From sequence record PQ382034.1: 64,000 nt of DNA; one strand, written 5' to 3'. The notes beneath the pieces were generated by a model. The model did no database searches. It had not been told where the DNA came from and was given only the letters and a program-made list of their open reading frames with translations. The position numbers and the translations under genes are program-made. The stretch comes from Acinetobacter phage vB_AbaSI_3. Shown here in pieces: positions 48,633-58,342 of the stretch (its first letter is position 1; each line of letters starts with the position of its first letter).

Positions 48633-49559
48633 TTAAAGGCCGTTTAAAAGATCATTTAATTCTGGGTCTTCTGCTTTTACTTCAGACTGAACTGGTTCAG
48701 GAGCAGCCTGTGAAGTTGTATCGGTTGCAGCATATTGAGCCATTTGTTTTTCAAAATCTTCCAATTCGCTTGCTACTGCATCAGCATTTTTAGAAGCTTC
48801 AGCGGCTGCACCACCAAGAGCTGCTGTACCCATTACACGATTGAATGATTCTAAGTTCTTTTCAAAACTGTTGAATTTATCTTTTGCAATGATTGAATCA
48901 ATATCGAACATGTCTTCAATCAATTTTGCTTGATAAGCTTCATCATCAATGTTAGGAATCGGCGATTGTTTTTGGAACTTACAGTCATCATAGTTACTGA
49001 AGCCTGATACTTTCTTCACTTTCATAATGAAGTTAGCACCATCGTAAGGACAAGTAACATCAACTGGAACTTCGCCAATATCGGTATCGACTTCAACCAT
49101 AGAATTGATTTTATCCATGATTTTTTGACCGAAACGATATTTGAATACTTTACCTTCATTTTCTGGGTGGGCTGGGTCTTTAATAACTAAGATATTAGAC
49201 CAGAAAGAAGATTTACGTTTAAGTTTACCGTACAACGCATTGTCAGTGTTGTACAAATCATTTTCACTGATGTATTTACATACTGGACATTCATCGAATT
49301 TGCCGTGTGTAGAAGTACAATTTTCGATGTACCATTTTGAACCGATTTTGAAGCCATGATTAATCAATTTGACAAATGGCATAGATTCAGGAGTTTTACC
49401 AGGCAAGAAACGAATTACTGCAGAACCATTGCCGGCGGTGTCGAGAGTTAATTTCCATTCACGACCATCTGCTTCATTAAAACTAGAACCACCTTTAAGT
49501 TCTTGTAATTGAGCAGCTAATTGAGATGGATCACGACGAGTAAACATTGCAGTTGACAT
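48633..49559 (-). CDS. 32: Single-stranded DNA-binding protein gp32
   Basis: Near-collinear with T4 gp32 (AVIRFLP, HGFK..GKWYIE.C.STHG..D.CPVC.YIS.NDLYNTDN, EGKVFKYRFG.KI.DKIN, PVDVTCP..GANF.LKVK.VSGFSNYD, IPNIDDE). Confidence 0.9.
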   Translation of the reverse strand: MSTAMFTRRDPSQLAAQLQELKGGSSFNEADGREWKLTLDTAGNGSAVIRFLPGKTPESMPFVKLINHGFKIGSKWYIENCTSTHGKFDECPVCKYISENDLYNTDNALYGKLKRKSSFWSNILVIKDPAHPENEGKVFKYRFGQKIMDKINSMVEVDTDIGEVPVDVTCPYDGANFIMKVKKVSGFSNYDDCKFQKQSPIPNIDDEAYQAKLIEDMFDIDSIIAKDKFNSFEKNLESFNRVMGTAALGGAAAEASKNADAVASELEDFEKQMAQYAATDTTSQAAPEPVQSEVKAEDPELNDLLNGL

Positions 49560-49688
49560 ATATTTTCCTTAAGATTAACAGTTGGTGATGTACCGTGTTT
49601 ATTAAACTCTTATAAATTGTACACCTAAAATATAAGAGAGATTAACTTATATCAAATGATTTAAAGCAATTGATATAATTATTTATAC

Positions 49689-50339
49689 TCAAAATTTTGC
49701 AGCCTTTATTGCTGATATAAACTTCGCCTTACATTCATCTGAAGACACAATGAAAATTTTTCTGTATGCTTTGAGGCGCACAGAATATGATGACCAGATG
49801 ATGTTGTCATGTTTGTCATGTTCCTCAATTACATTGAGGAAGCTATCAAGCATAATAAAGGTTTCAAAAGAAATAATTCCACTTTGAAGGAGCTTAAAAA
49901 TATATGAAGATTGGATAGATTCATTATAAACAAAAATATCATTAAGCGTCTTAACATTTACCTTTTGTGAAAAATAATAAATGTTCTTGACGTCATCTTC
50001 ATAACGTGTCATAACTGTTCGCAATCGAGCAAGATACGTTTTGTAAAAATTGACTGCATCGGAATCACTGATTTCTCCAATCCAAGCATCTTGGTTAGCT
50101 ACTAAGTTACTTATGAAGATCAGACACAATTCCTTCAAAGTGAATTTTTCAGACAATTTCTCAAAAAAGAACTTGTCTTTCCTCTTGGCGTATGATGCAT
50201 CAGAAACTTTCATACGCCAATTGGATTTAATTACACAACGTCTGCCATTAAAATGGTTTTTCAGCTGGAGGTACAAGTTATATACGCTCTTTGCATCAAT
50301 GCGAATGTTATTGTTTGGAGGCAACAACAATTTAACCAT
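49689..50339 (-). CDS. 59: Helicase loader gp59
   Basis: Strong identity to T4 gp59 (KSVYNLYL..N....IK.NW.M.VSDA.Y.KR.DKFFF.KLSEK..LKEL.LIFISNLVANQDAWIG.ISD.DA..FY, FETFI.LDSFLN). Confidence 0.9.
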   Translation of the reverse strand: MVKLLLPPNNNIRIDAKSVYNLYLQLKNHFNGRRCVIKSNWRMKVSDASYAKRKDKFFFEKLSEKFTLKELCLIFISNLVANQDAWIGEISDSDAVNFYKTYLARLRTVMTRYEDDVKNIYYFSQKVNVKTLNDIFVYNESIQSSYIFKLLQSGIISFETFIMLDSFLNVIEEHDKHDNIIWSSYSVRLKAYRKIFIVSSDECKAKFISAIKAAKF

Positions 50340-50631
50340 ATAAGAAATCTAATGTAGAGTACGTGTTTTGTTTAGCTATAGAAGGCTTTAACATGTTGTC
50401 TTCTAATGCCTCAGTCTTAAGGCGTTCAATAATAGTTTCAGGAATATACTTAGCAAACTGATTTTCAGGAATGCTTCGCTCTTCCATCCACCATGTTACT
50501 GCTTCAAGATATGTTAAACATTCAGTTCTAACAAGCTCTGCAATTTCATGGGCAGTAGTTTGTTTGTCATAGGCTGCGGCAGATTTCTGTTGAAGAACAT
50601 CCACTAATTCATTATTTTCTAAAGACTGCAT
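50332..50631 (-). CDS. 33: Late transcription accessory protein gp33 (positional)
   Basis: 99-aa protein between gp59 and dsbA as in T4. Confidence 0.55.
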   Translation of the reverse strand: MQSLENNELVDVLQQKSAAAYDKQTTAHEIAELVRTECLTYLEAVTWWMEERSIPENQFAKYIPETIIERLKTEALEDNMLKPSIAKQNTYSTLDFLYG

Positions 50632-50878
50632 CGTACTTCTCTAATAATTCTTCGTTTTCTGATTCAAGTTTTTCGCGCTCATCTTTGTGGAAGATTCGAA
50701 GCATTTGATTAAAATCTTTACCAGATACGCCGAGTTCTTCACATGCCGTTTTACGAATTTCACGAATGGCTTCATTTGCACCTTCGATGATTGCTTTATG
50801 ATCCGAACACTGTTTAATGCAGTGTTTTAACTGTTCGCCGTGAATAGCTGCATTAAATTCAACTTTCTCTTTAGCCAT
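50612..50878 (-). CDS. dsbA: dsDNA-binding protein DsbA
   Basis: MAKEKVEFNAAIHGE..CIKQCSDHK...IR...EELGV.GK.FN..L...HKD vs T4 DsbA MAKKEMVEFDEAIHGE..KFIKEASDHK...IR..AKDELGVDGKMFN. Confidence 0.8.
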   Translation of the reverse strand: MAKEKVEFNAAIHGEQLKHCIKQCSDHKAIIEGANEAIREIRKTACEELGVSGKDFNQMLRIFHKDEREKLESENEELLEKYDAVFRK

Positions 50879-50936
50879 TTCAATTACCTCTTAAGTATTT
50901 GGTATGAGTATATTTTAATATAAGAAACATAAAGCA

Positions 50937-51167
50937 TTAAACTTTATGTTTCATTTCCATTTCTTGGCGATGGCGACAGACATCAGGTGCTCTGCCATAA
51001 GGCGCATCTTTAAAATGTTGGTACATGTCTTCCATAATAGGAAAATCACGAGACATCCACTGAGTGTACTCATTAAAGTACGCACGATGTATCCACGCTC
51101 GTTTTAATTCATCTTCTAGGACCCACCAAGCAAAGCCATAGAATAATTTCTTAACAAATTTTTTCAT
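50937..51167 (-). CDS. Hypothetical 76-aa protein
   Basis: ORF. Confidence 0.35.
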   Translation of the reverse strand: MKKFVKKLFYGFAWWVLEDELKRAWIHRAYFNEYTQWMSRDFPIMEDMYQHFKDAPYGRAPDVCRHRQEMEMKHKV

Positions 51168-51174
51168 GTTTATC

Positions 51175-52257
51175 TCAGAACCCGTTAAGGTCCTTTAGCA
51201 ATTTTGTCAATTGATTTTTGACAAGATATGGATAGATTTTGCCGCGAGGAGCAGGTTTGTATTCTTTATAATGATTGATGATAGATTCACGAATATCGTC
51301 TCGAATATAATCAAAATCGATTAAAATACGATTACGTTTGAAACGATGGAATTGCAAATCTGCGATTTGCTTTGCCATTGCCATGGCATCAGTTCTATAT
51401 TGTTCAAGAATTTCACCATCTTCATCTTCAATTTGAACACCTTGGAGTTTGAGTAATTTGTGACATTCAGCCACACCTGTTTTTTTATTTTTAGCCTTTT
51501 TCATGATTTCTTCAGTTAAAGCTTCATAAACTTCATCATCCGATTTGCCGACTAATTTTGTAACAAATGCTGCAGTTGTAGATGGAGTGCGTTCGTCTTC
51601 TTCATAATTTAACCAGAAGTCGCCACGAACTTTGATAGATGCTACACAGTCTTTGCGATCGCCTTTGAGAACTTTTGTTAAACAATCTTCTTGTGGCGAG
51701 CCAGTTTTGACTTTAACAAATTTTTTCTGAATAGGAGAATATTGATCTACGTCTTCAAGTTTATGTAACTGTGTAAAGTCGCCATCTGATGAAATGATAC
51801 GAACTTTATACCCTTGTTTTGATAAATAAGATGACAAGACTGCAATACAATCATCGGCCTCACAATGGCGAACATCAACTACAACCCAAGGCATGTTGTC
51901 TTTAAGTTCTTGAATTACAATACCAAGTGCATTAAAATAACCATCCCAGTCAAATGATTCTGCTTCCTTAGCTGCGTCACGTGCTATCGCACGGTTTCGT
52001 TTGTAATAATCTTCTTCTTGACGACGCCAATAGCCATAACGTGCATTATCAATAGCGATAATAACATGGTCATACCCATCAGATTTAAATTTCAATGCAT
52101 TATGTTTAATTGTCGACAAAACTAACTGACGAACAATTGGAACAGTGAACTTCATACCTGGTTCATATGTAACTGCCACAGTGGCTAAAGCGATTTGTGA
52201 CAAATCGATAAGTAAAGCACCTGGCTTATCCTCACCGTAAAAATGGTCTAAACTCAT
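51175..52257 (-). CDS. rnh: RNase H / 5'-3' flap exonuclease
   Basis: MSLDHFYGEDKPGALLIDLSQIALATV...IAIDNARYGYWRRQ vs T4 RNase H MDLEMMLDEDYKEGICLIDFSQIALSTA...LCIDNAKSGYWRRD. Start set at the second ATG (52257; SD AAGGA), not the track's 52287. Confidence 0.85.
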   Translation of the reverse strand: MSLDHFYGEDKPGALLIDLSQIALATVAVTYEPGMKFTVPIVRQLVLSTIKHNALKFKSDGYDHVIIAIDNARYGYWRRQEEDYYKRNRAIARDAAKEAESFDWDGYFNALGIVIQELKDNMPWVVVDVRHCEADDCIAVLSSYLSKQGYKVRIISSDGDFTQLHKLEDVDQYSPIQKKFVKVKTGSPQEDCLTKVLKGDRKDCVASIKVRGDFWLNYEEDERTPSTTAAFVTKLVGKSDDEVYEALTEEIMKKAKNKKTGVAECHKLLKLQGVQIEDEDGEILEQYRTDAMAMAKQIADLQFHRFKRNRILIDFDYIRDDIRESIINHYKEYKPAPRGKIYPYLVKNQLTKLLKDLNGF

Positions 52258-52311
52258 ACTACTATCCTTCTGATAAATCAAATACATCTAAAACATTCAA
52301 ATTCAGTCTAT

Positions 52312-52373
52312 TCCGACCAAAGAAATATAATTAGAGCGGTGAACCGGTAGAACCATTATAACATCAAAATTTT
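52312..52373 (-). repeat. Copy B of the ~62-bp repeated intergenic element; - strand TTTACA-18-TGtTATAAT promoter facing rnh
   Basis: See copy A; identical 36-nt core. Confidence 0.6.
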
Positions 52374-52409
52374 GAGTTGTAAATGTTGCTTTAATTCAAG
52401 TGTTTAATA

Positions 52410-52450
52410 AATATACATAGAATCCAGAGCTCAGCTTTTAATAAATATAT
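52410..52450 (+). promoter_or_regulatory. Two late-promoter-like AATAAATATA boxes upstream of gp34
   Basis: ttaataaatatac and ttaataaatatat. These are imperfect TATAAATA variants. Confidence 0.3.
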
Positions 52451-52473
52451 GATAAGATAACAAAGGAAATCGC

Positions 52474-55400
52474 ATGTCTGAAGTAAAAACAAGTTTCCGT
52501 GCGTCATACGGTCTAGACGCGGCTGGTGAGAAAGTAATTAATGTTGCAAAGGCTGACAAAACTGTCATGACCGATGGTGTCAACGTCGAATATCTCATTC
52601 AGGAAAATACGACCCAACAATATGACCCAGAGCGTGCCTATGAAAAAGGATTCATTATAGAATTTAATGATCGTCTCTGGATTGCAGAACAAGACATCCC
52701 TAAACCTGCAGGTAGCTTCAATGAAGGGTACTGGCGCCCAGTACGTACAGACCCAAAGTGGAAGCCTATTGATTCTGGTAAATATCAGTTACATGTTGGT
52801 GATTATATCTCTGTAGATACGCGTGCAGGCTTAGATGTAGAACTAACATTACCTACTAATCCTATACCACAGGAAGGCGATACAATTGTTGTAAAGGATG
52901 TCGGCGGGCAACCAGGTTACACATCGGTGTTAGTCTTTGCACCTGTGCAGTCAATTATTGACAAAGGCGTAAGTATTCCACAAAAACGAATGACTATTCC
53001 ATTTTCTGAATGGACATTTGTATACACAAAGAGTCAATGGTCATTATATGATGGCGTTGAAGCCCCAGTAGCAAGAACTGTTACTACATCTGGTCCTACT
53101 CGAATCCAATCAGGTGATACGATTCTTAGAAACTATGATAAAGTAGCTCCTATTGTATTGACTTTTCCTAAATTTGCCAACAATGGCGACATAATTCATT
53201 TTGTAGGCATGAATGAAAATACAGTGCCTTATTATCACTTAGAGCTTAATGCATTTGATAGCAATACAAGTATTGGTTCTCCGGGTAAGTCATCGCAAAT
53301 TTTCTATCGTTCGCTAAGTGGGTATTTCATTTTTAATAGCTTGACTTCAACTTGGTATTTGTACGATTCAGATATGACAGATCGTCTTAGAACTGTTAGT
53401 ACTGATACTGAGATTTTCCCGAATGAAACTGTAGCAGTAGTAGGCAAAGATAATACTACTACACAGACTATTAAATTGACATTGCCACAAAACGTGCAAC
53501 CTGGTGACCAGGTAACAATTTCATTAAATTATATTAGAAAGGGACAAACTGTTAACATCGTGCCTAAAGGCACCGATATGATTTTAACAAATCAAAATCT
53601 AACTCAGTTCCCTAAACGCTCAAGCTATCCACCTGCTGCCAATTGGGTTAACACTAATTTATTGTCATATAACGGTTCAAACGACTACCCGCCGGTATTA
53701 ACATTTGCATACATTGATATGGGACCTATCAAACAATGGCTGATGGTAAGTTGTTTGCCTGTATTAGAGCGTGTTGATCCGACAACAGATGATACTCGTA
53801 CTCGTTTAGGTGTTATTGCTTTAGCAAATCAATCTCAAGCAAACTTAGACAAAGAAAATATTTCGGTTACTGCAAATCCATTAGCACGAGAAGTTGCTAT
53901 CACGCCGGAAACTCTTGCCAATAGGACCGCTTTGGACAACCGTCGTGGAATCGCAAGAATCGCAAAACAAGAAGAAGTAAACCTAACTACAGATAATGCT
54001 GCATTAGCATATGATACTATCGTTACGCCTAAGACTCTTAATGGCAAAAAGGCTACAGAAACGATGGTAGGTTTGGCAGAAATTGCTACTCAAGCCGAAA
54101 CCAATAGCAACACTGACGATTCTCGTATCATCACTTCTAAGAAATTAGATGGACGACGCGCAACACCTGCTTTAGCCGGAGTCGCTAAACTTGTTGCTAC
54201 AGGTGGCACTGCTCCTGTTAAAGGAGGTACAAATACTCGTGATACTGCCGGAACTGGCATTTATAATCATGCAGACTTCGAGAACATTGTTACACCTAAA
54301 ACATTGAGAGAATATTATTCTACAGAAATGGCATTAGGTACAGTGTATCTTGCAAATTCTGCTGAAGTTATTTCTGGTGCAGCTACATTAGCTAAATATC
54401 CATTAGCAGTAACTCCTGAAACTTTGCACACTAAGACCGCTACCGATGGGCGTATAGGCTTTTCACAAGTGGCTAAACAAGCCGAAGTTGATGCTGGAAC
54501 AGATTATTTTAAATTTGTTACACCAAAAACTTTAGCAGGAAGAATTGCACGAGAAGACTTAGCCGGTATCGCAAAATTAGCAACCCAAGGCGAATTTGAC
54601 GCTGGTACAGCTGGATTAATTTCAGGCCCAGATAAAATTAAGACATTTTTCTCTCGCGCTGAAAGAACTATTGTCAATAATGCTGAAGGTTTAACACAAT
54701 CTGGTAGCATTTGGACCGGGTTAAAGTTGAATATTCTTGCACCATCAGAGACCCAACGTGGTACAGCAAGATATGCTACGCAAGATGAAACAGATAAAGG
54801 TGTTGATGCCACAACAATTGTGACTCCTGCAAAATTACATGCCAAGAAAGCCACTACAGTTGCAGAAGGTATTGTCAGAATGGCAAATACTGCTGAGACG
54901 GTAGCTGGTACTGCATATAATTTAGCAGTATCGCCTGGCAATCTAAAATATGTTGTACAATCTGAATTGACATGGGAGGCCACACCTGAACGTAGAGGTT
55001 TCATTAAACTTTCTACAGGTTCAACAACATGGCAAGGCAACACAGTTGATGGTAATGCAAATATCAACATTGAAACTCAATTCAACAAAAATGGTATGGC
55101 TGTTTCGCCGTATGAGTTCAACCGTGTTTTGAGGAACTATTTACCTATTGGTGCTAAAGCAGTTGATTCTGATAAATTAGATGGATTGGATTCATCACAG
55201 TTTATTCGTAGAGACATTGGCCAAATTGTTAATGGCGCATTAACACTGACACAGCCTACAACTGCAACATACATTACTGCTTCTAATGATGTATCAGTCC
55301 AAGCTCTTTTATCTGCTAATCAGATTAACGTACGAAAATCTGGAACTCCTGATGATGCGTCTGTTACAAAGAACGCTGGTATAAATTTGTATGGCGCTCC

Positions 55401-56421
55401 ACAAATTGCTACAGGGCGTCCGACCTACGGTATTCATTTTTCTAGTACTGGTGGCACAGACCCTAATGGGACACATGGCTATGGCGCCGGGACTTGGGGT
55501 ACATATTTTGCTCAAAGCATCGCTAGCGCAGCTGAACAACGCGCATGGTACTTCCAGCAGATTTTTAACGGTGCAGTTAAAAACGTTGGCTCTATCACAG
55601 CACAAGGCGATGTTTGGTTTGATGGTGTTATCAATACAGACAAAACCTTTAGAATCAAAAACAACATCATTGCTGAAAAAGATGCTGGTGGTAACTTGAT
55701 TATTGGTACTCCTGATCAACAAATGTATTTCCGTTCTAAAGATGCAGGAGATGTTAGAGTTCAAGAAGCTGTTGCAGGAACAGTATACCGTGTCGTTACG
55801 ACTAAAAACTTTGTTGACGAAGGTAATAAAACTTATGTGAGAAAGACCGGCGATTCAATGACCGGACGCCTCAATATTTCTCAACCTATAACTGCTACTA
55901 TCAACCAATCTGCTGCGACACCAAATGCAGTTCCAAATGCCAGCAATTTTGGTACATGGACTATTGATATAACTGATCCTGCAATATATAATACTATGCG
56001 CCCGTATGTTGTTGGAGTAAATGCAATCAATAAAGAGACAGGTGAAGTCTTGCCATGGTTTGATAAGTACGAGGAGTTTAATGGGCCTGGTACATTGTCA
56101 CAATTTGGATCTTCTGCTAGTAATGGTTCTGGTACATACCAAATCTGGGCACCACGTCCGCCAGCAGATAAAGCGAATTTACCTGGGCATATTGCTGGCA
56201 CAATGTGGTCAAGACAGTGGAATCCTATTACAAATAAATGGGATGGTTGGGGTAGAATGTTTACAAACAATCATCCGCCATTGCCTACAGACATTGGCGC
56301 TATGAGCAATAATGGTTCAGTTTTTGATTCTATGAGAATTAGAGATTGGATTCAAGTAGGTAATTTGAGAATTTATGCAGACCCATCTACAAAAACCGTT
56401 CGTTTTGATTGGATTGAATAA
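52474..56421 (+). CDS. 34: Long tail fibre proximal subunit gp34
   Basis: 1315 aa vs T4's 1289 aa; position after rnh, before gp35/36/37. Confidence 0.9.
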   Translation: MSEVKTSFRASYGLDAAGEKVINVAKADKTVMTDGVNVEYLIQENTTQQYDPERAYEKGFIIEFNDRLWIAEQDIPKPAGSFNEGYWRPVRTDPKWKPIDSGKYQLHVGDYISVDTRAGLDVELTLPTNPIPQEGDTIVVKDVGGQPGYTSVLVFAPVQSIIDKGVSIPQKRMTIPFSEWTFVYTKSQWSLYDGVEAPVARTVTTSGPTRIQSGDTILRNYDKVAPIVLTFPKFANNGDIIHFVGMNENTVPYYHLELNAFDSNTSIGSPGKSSQIFYRSLSGYFIFNSLTSTWYLYDSDMTDRLRTVSTDTEIFPNETVAVVGKDNTTTQTIKLTLPQNVQPGDQVTISLNYIRKGQTVNIVPKGTDMILTNQNLTQFPKRSSYPPAANWVNTNLLSYNGSNDYPPVLTFAYIDMGPIKQWLMVSCLPVLERVDPTTDDTRTRLGVIALANQSQANLDKENISVTANPLAREVAITPETLANRTALDNRRGIARIAKQEEVNLTTDNAALAYDTIVTPKTLNGKKATETMVGLAEIATQAETNSNTDDSRIITSKKLDGRRATPALAGVAKLVATGGTAPVKGGTNTRDTAGTGIYNHADFENIVTPKTLREYYSTEMALGTVYLANSAEVISGAATLAKYPLAVTPETLHTKTATDGRIGFSQVAKQAEVDAGTDYFKFVTPKTLAGRIAREDLAGIAKLATQGEFDAGTAGLISGPDKIKTFFSRAERTIVNNAEGLTQSGSIWTGLKLNILAPSETQRGTARYATQDETDKGVDATTIVTPAKLHAKKATTVAEGIVRMANTAETVAGTAYNLAVSPGNLKYVVQSELTWEATPERRGFIKLSTGSTTWQGNTVDGNANINIETQFNKNGMAVSPYEFNRVLRNYLPIGAKAVDSDKLDGLDSSQFIRRDIGQIVNGALTLTQPTTATYITASNDVSVQALLSANQINVRKSGTPDDASVTKNAGINLYGAPQIATGRPTYGIHFSSTGGTDPNGTHGYGAGTWGTYFAQSIASAAEQRAWYFQQIFNGAVKNVGSITAQGDVWFDGVINTDKTFRIKNNIIAEKDAGGNLIIGTPDQQMYFRSKDAGDVRVQEAVAGTVYRVVTTKNFVDEGNKTYVRKTGDSMTGRLNISQPITATINQSAATPNAVPNASNFGTWTIDITDPAIYNTMRPYVVGVNAINKETGEVLPWFDKYEEFNGPGTLSQFGSSASNGSGTYQIWAPRPPADKANLPGHIAGTMWSRQWNPITNKWDGWGRMFTNNHPPLPTDIGAMSNNGSVFDSMRIRDWIQVGNLRIYADPSTKTVRFDWIE

Positions 56422-56430
56422 GGAGATAAT

Positions 56431-57561
56431 ATGGCAACTGCTACCTTTATGGCAGCATTCAATAAAGGCGTCGTAGAAAGCGACGTCTTTTCTGAAACAG
56501 ATTCTGTCACATATAAATTAGATGTTGCTGGTGCCACAAATTTTTCTGGAGCGCCATATCTAAAACGAAATGACATTAACATTGCAGGTACTGTTACTGA
56601 TGGGCTAAATCTAAGGGGAGTCAATAATCCAACTGACACAGGTGAAGTAAAATCATTTGTTTTGACTTCAACTGATTCGTCGGCCAATAGCGCCTTTATT
56701 CAATATATGAACACAGTAACGCACAAACTTATTGTTATTTTCTCTGGTAAAAATTTGCGTTCAACGCCTGCAGTTGATGCATGGTTTGCTTCTGTAGGCT
56801 CAGTGAATTGGCCGGGCTCATTTTTATGCAATAACTATTCTGCTGGTTATGTTGGATTTTATAATCCATCAATCAGGAAAATCGTTGCAGAAGCAATGAT
56901 AACTTCTGATGGTGTTGAAAAGGGTTATGCAAATTATATTGCAGTGTATGACACATTTGATGACATCGGATCTTTAGGATTTCCGTCTAGAGTAATATAC
57001 GATACTGGCACATACGCGGCTAGCACTGGGTACGAATATAAACGGTTTCCTACAGACAGTATAACAAATAAATTGTCTGATTACGGACTTCGTCAAGGTT
57101 CAAATATTATGCTTCAAGCCGATTTAGTCCACTCTTCGCAAATGGCTTCTGCAGGAATGAAAACTCGGATCAACTTACGTTGGCTTCAAGGGAGCACGAT
57201 TAAAGATTCGAGCACTATACTTGAATCTGACGGAGTTAATTGGGTTAATAAAACTGTATATAGCAAAGTGCCAGCAGGTGCAGATGGATTTACTGTCGTT
57301 GTTTCTAGATTTCCAAGGAATGACACATTATCAGGAAATTCAATGGTACGAAATGTGGTTATGAGTGAAATAACTCGTGATGGAAGCAAATCGGGCTCTA
57401 ACGCCGCAGTTGGTGTCAATGGTATTAAGGCCGGTGAATTCAAAGAAGCTCAAGTAGCCAATCATTTGATGGATCTTAAAATGGATGTTGATGCATTCAA
57501 TAACATTGTGCCAGTTGTTGGTATCAAAGAAGGCGATTCCGGGACTCCACCACCGCCATGA
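56431..57561 (+). CDS. 35: Long tail fibre hinge connector gp35
   Basis: 376 aa vs T4's 372 aa; AGGAG SD. Confidence 0.8.
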   Translation: MATATFMAAFNKGVVESDVFSETDSVTYKLDVAGATNFSGAPYLKRNDINIAGTVTDGLNLRGVNNPTDTGEVKSFVLTSTDSSANSAFIQYMNTVTHKLIVIFSGKNLRSTPAVDAWFASVGSVNWPGSFLCNNYSAGYVGFYNPSIRKIVAEAMITSDGVEKGYANYIAVYDTFDDIGSLGFPSRVIYDTGTYAASTGYEYKRFPTDSITNKLSDYGLRQGSNIMLQADLVHSSQMASAGMKTRINLRWLQGSTIKDSSTILESDGVNWVNKTVYSKVPAGADGFTVVVSRFPRNDTLSGNSMVRNVVMSEITRDGSKSGSNAAVGVNGIKAGEFKEAQVANHLMDLKMDVDAFNNIVPVVGIKEGDSGTPPPP

Positions 57562-57564
57562 GTT

Positions 57565-57584
57565 AAGGACCGCAAGGTCCTTTT
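57565..57584 (+). terminator. GNRA-tetraloop terminator (aaggacc-gcaa-ggtcctt) + TTTT after gp35
   Basis: Directly seen; immediately followed by a late promoter. Confidence 0.55.
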
Positions 57585-57588
57585 CGCG

Positions 57589-57596
57589 TATAAATA
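57589..57596 (+). promoter_or_regulatory. Late promoter TATAAATA for gp36/gp37
   Basis: Exact motif 21 nt before the gp36 ATG. Confidence 0.55.
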
Positions 57597-57616
57597 TTGA
57601 AATAAGAGGACATACT

Positions 57617-58330
57617 ATGGCAGATTTAAAGGCCGGAACAACTATTGGAGGTACACTTGTTTGGACTCAAGGTAACTTCCCGTTGTTCCCTACAGGCGAC
57701 ACACTTTTATACAAAACATACAAAGTCTATTCAGAAAAAGATAAACCTCAAGCTATTGACAATGATTTCGTGTCAAAGGCTGACGGGGGTACTTATAACT
57801 CGACAGTCGTTTTTAATAAAAATATTGTTTTGAGGGCTAGTGGCGGTACATCAGGCAATCTGACTGCTATTAATCTTTACGGTGGACTCGGCGATGGTGC
57901 AATACCTACATACGGGTTTTATGTAGGCAGCACATTAGACGCAACCAATGGTAAACACGGCTCAGTGTTTGGTAACTGGGCGGTCTATAACGTTGCAGCA
58001 AATGGCGGCTGGATTTTCAGAACACAGACAAAGAATGTTGCGTCTATCAATACTGAAGGAACCGGCACATTTAATGCGGTTAATGTGGATTTGCAACCTA
58101 CTGTAGACTCCCATGTTACTCGTAAAGATTATGTTGATCGCTTAATAAATACCGTTACAGATAACGCAAATAGTAAAGTTTCTAAGACAAATCCTAATGG
58201 CGATACAATGGTTGGCCCATTAACTGCTCCAAACTTTATTTCAACAAAGGTTGCTACTGCGTCAAACCAAGTTCCTCAATTGGGACAAGTTGTTCAACGG
58301 GGCGTAATTTTGGATTATGGATCATTTTAA
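57617..58330 (+). CDS. 36: Long tail fibre distal connector gp36
   Basis: MADLKAGTTIGGTLVWTQGNFPL...DNDFVSKADGGTY matches T4 gp36 MADLKVGSTTGGSVIWHQGNFPL..DNDFVSKANGGTY. Start at ATG 57617 (SD AAGAGGA), not the track's 57485. Confidence 0.85.
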   Translation: MADLKAGTTIGGTLVWTQGNFPLFPTGDTLLYKTYKVYSEKDKPQAIDNDFVSKADGGTYNSTVVFNKNIVLRASGGTSGNLTAINLYGGLGDGAIPTYGFYVGSTLDATNGKHGSVFGNWAVYNVAANGGWIFRTQTKNVASINTEGTGTFNAVNVDLQPTVDSHVTRKDYVDRLINTVTDNANSKVSKTNPNGDTMVGPLTAPNFISTKVATASNQVPQLGQVVQRGVILDYGSF

Positions 58331-58342
58331 GGAAATCAAATA

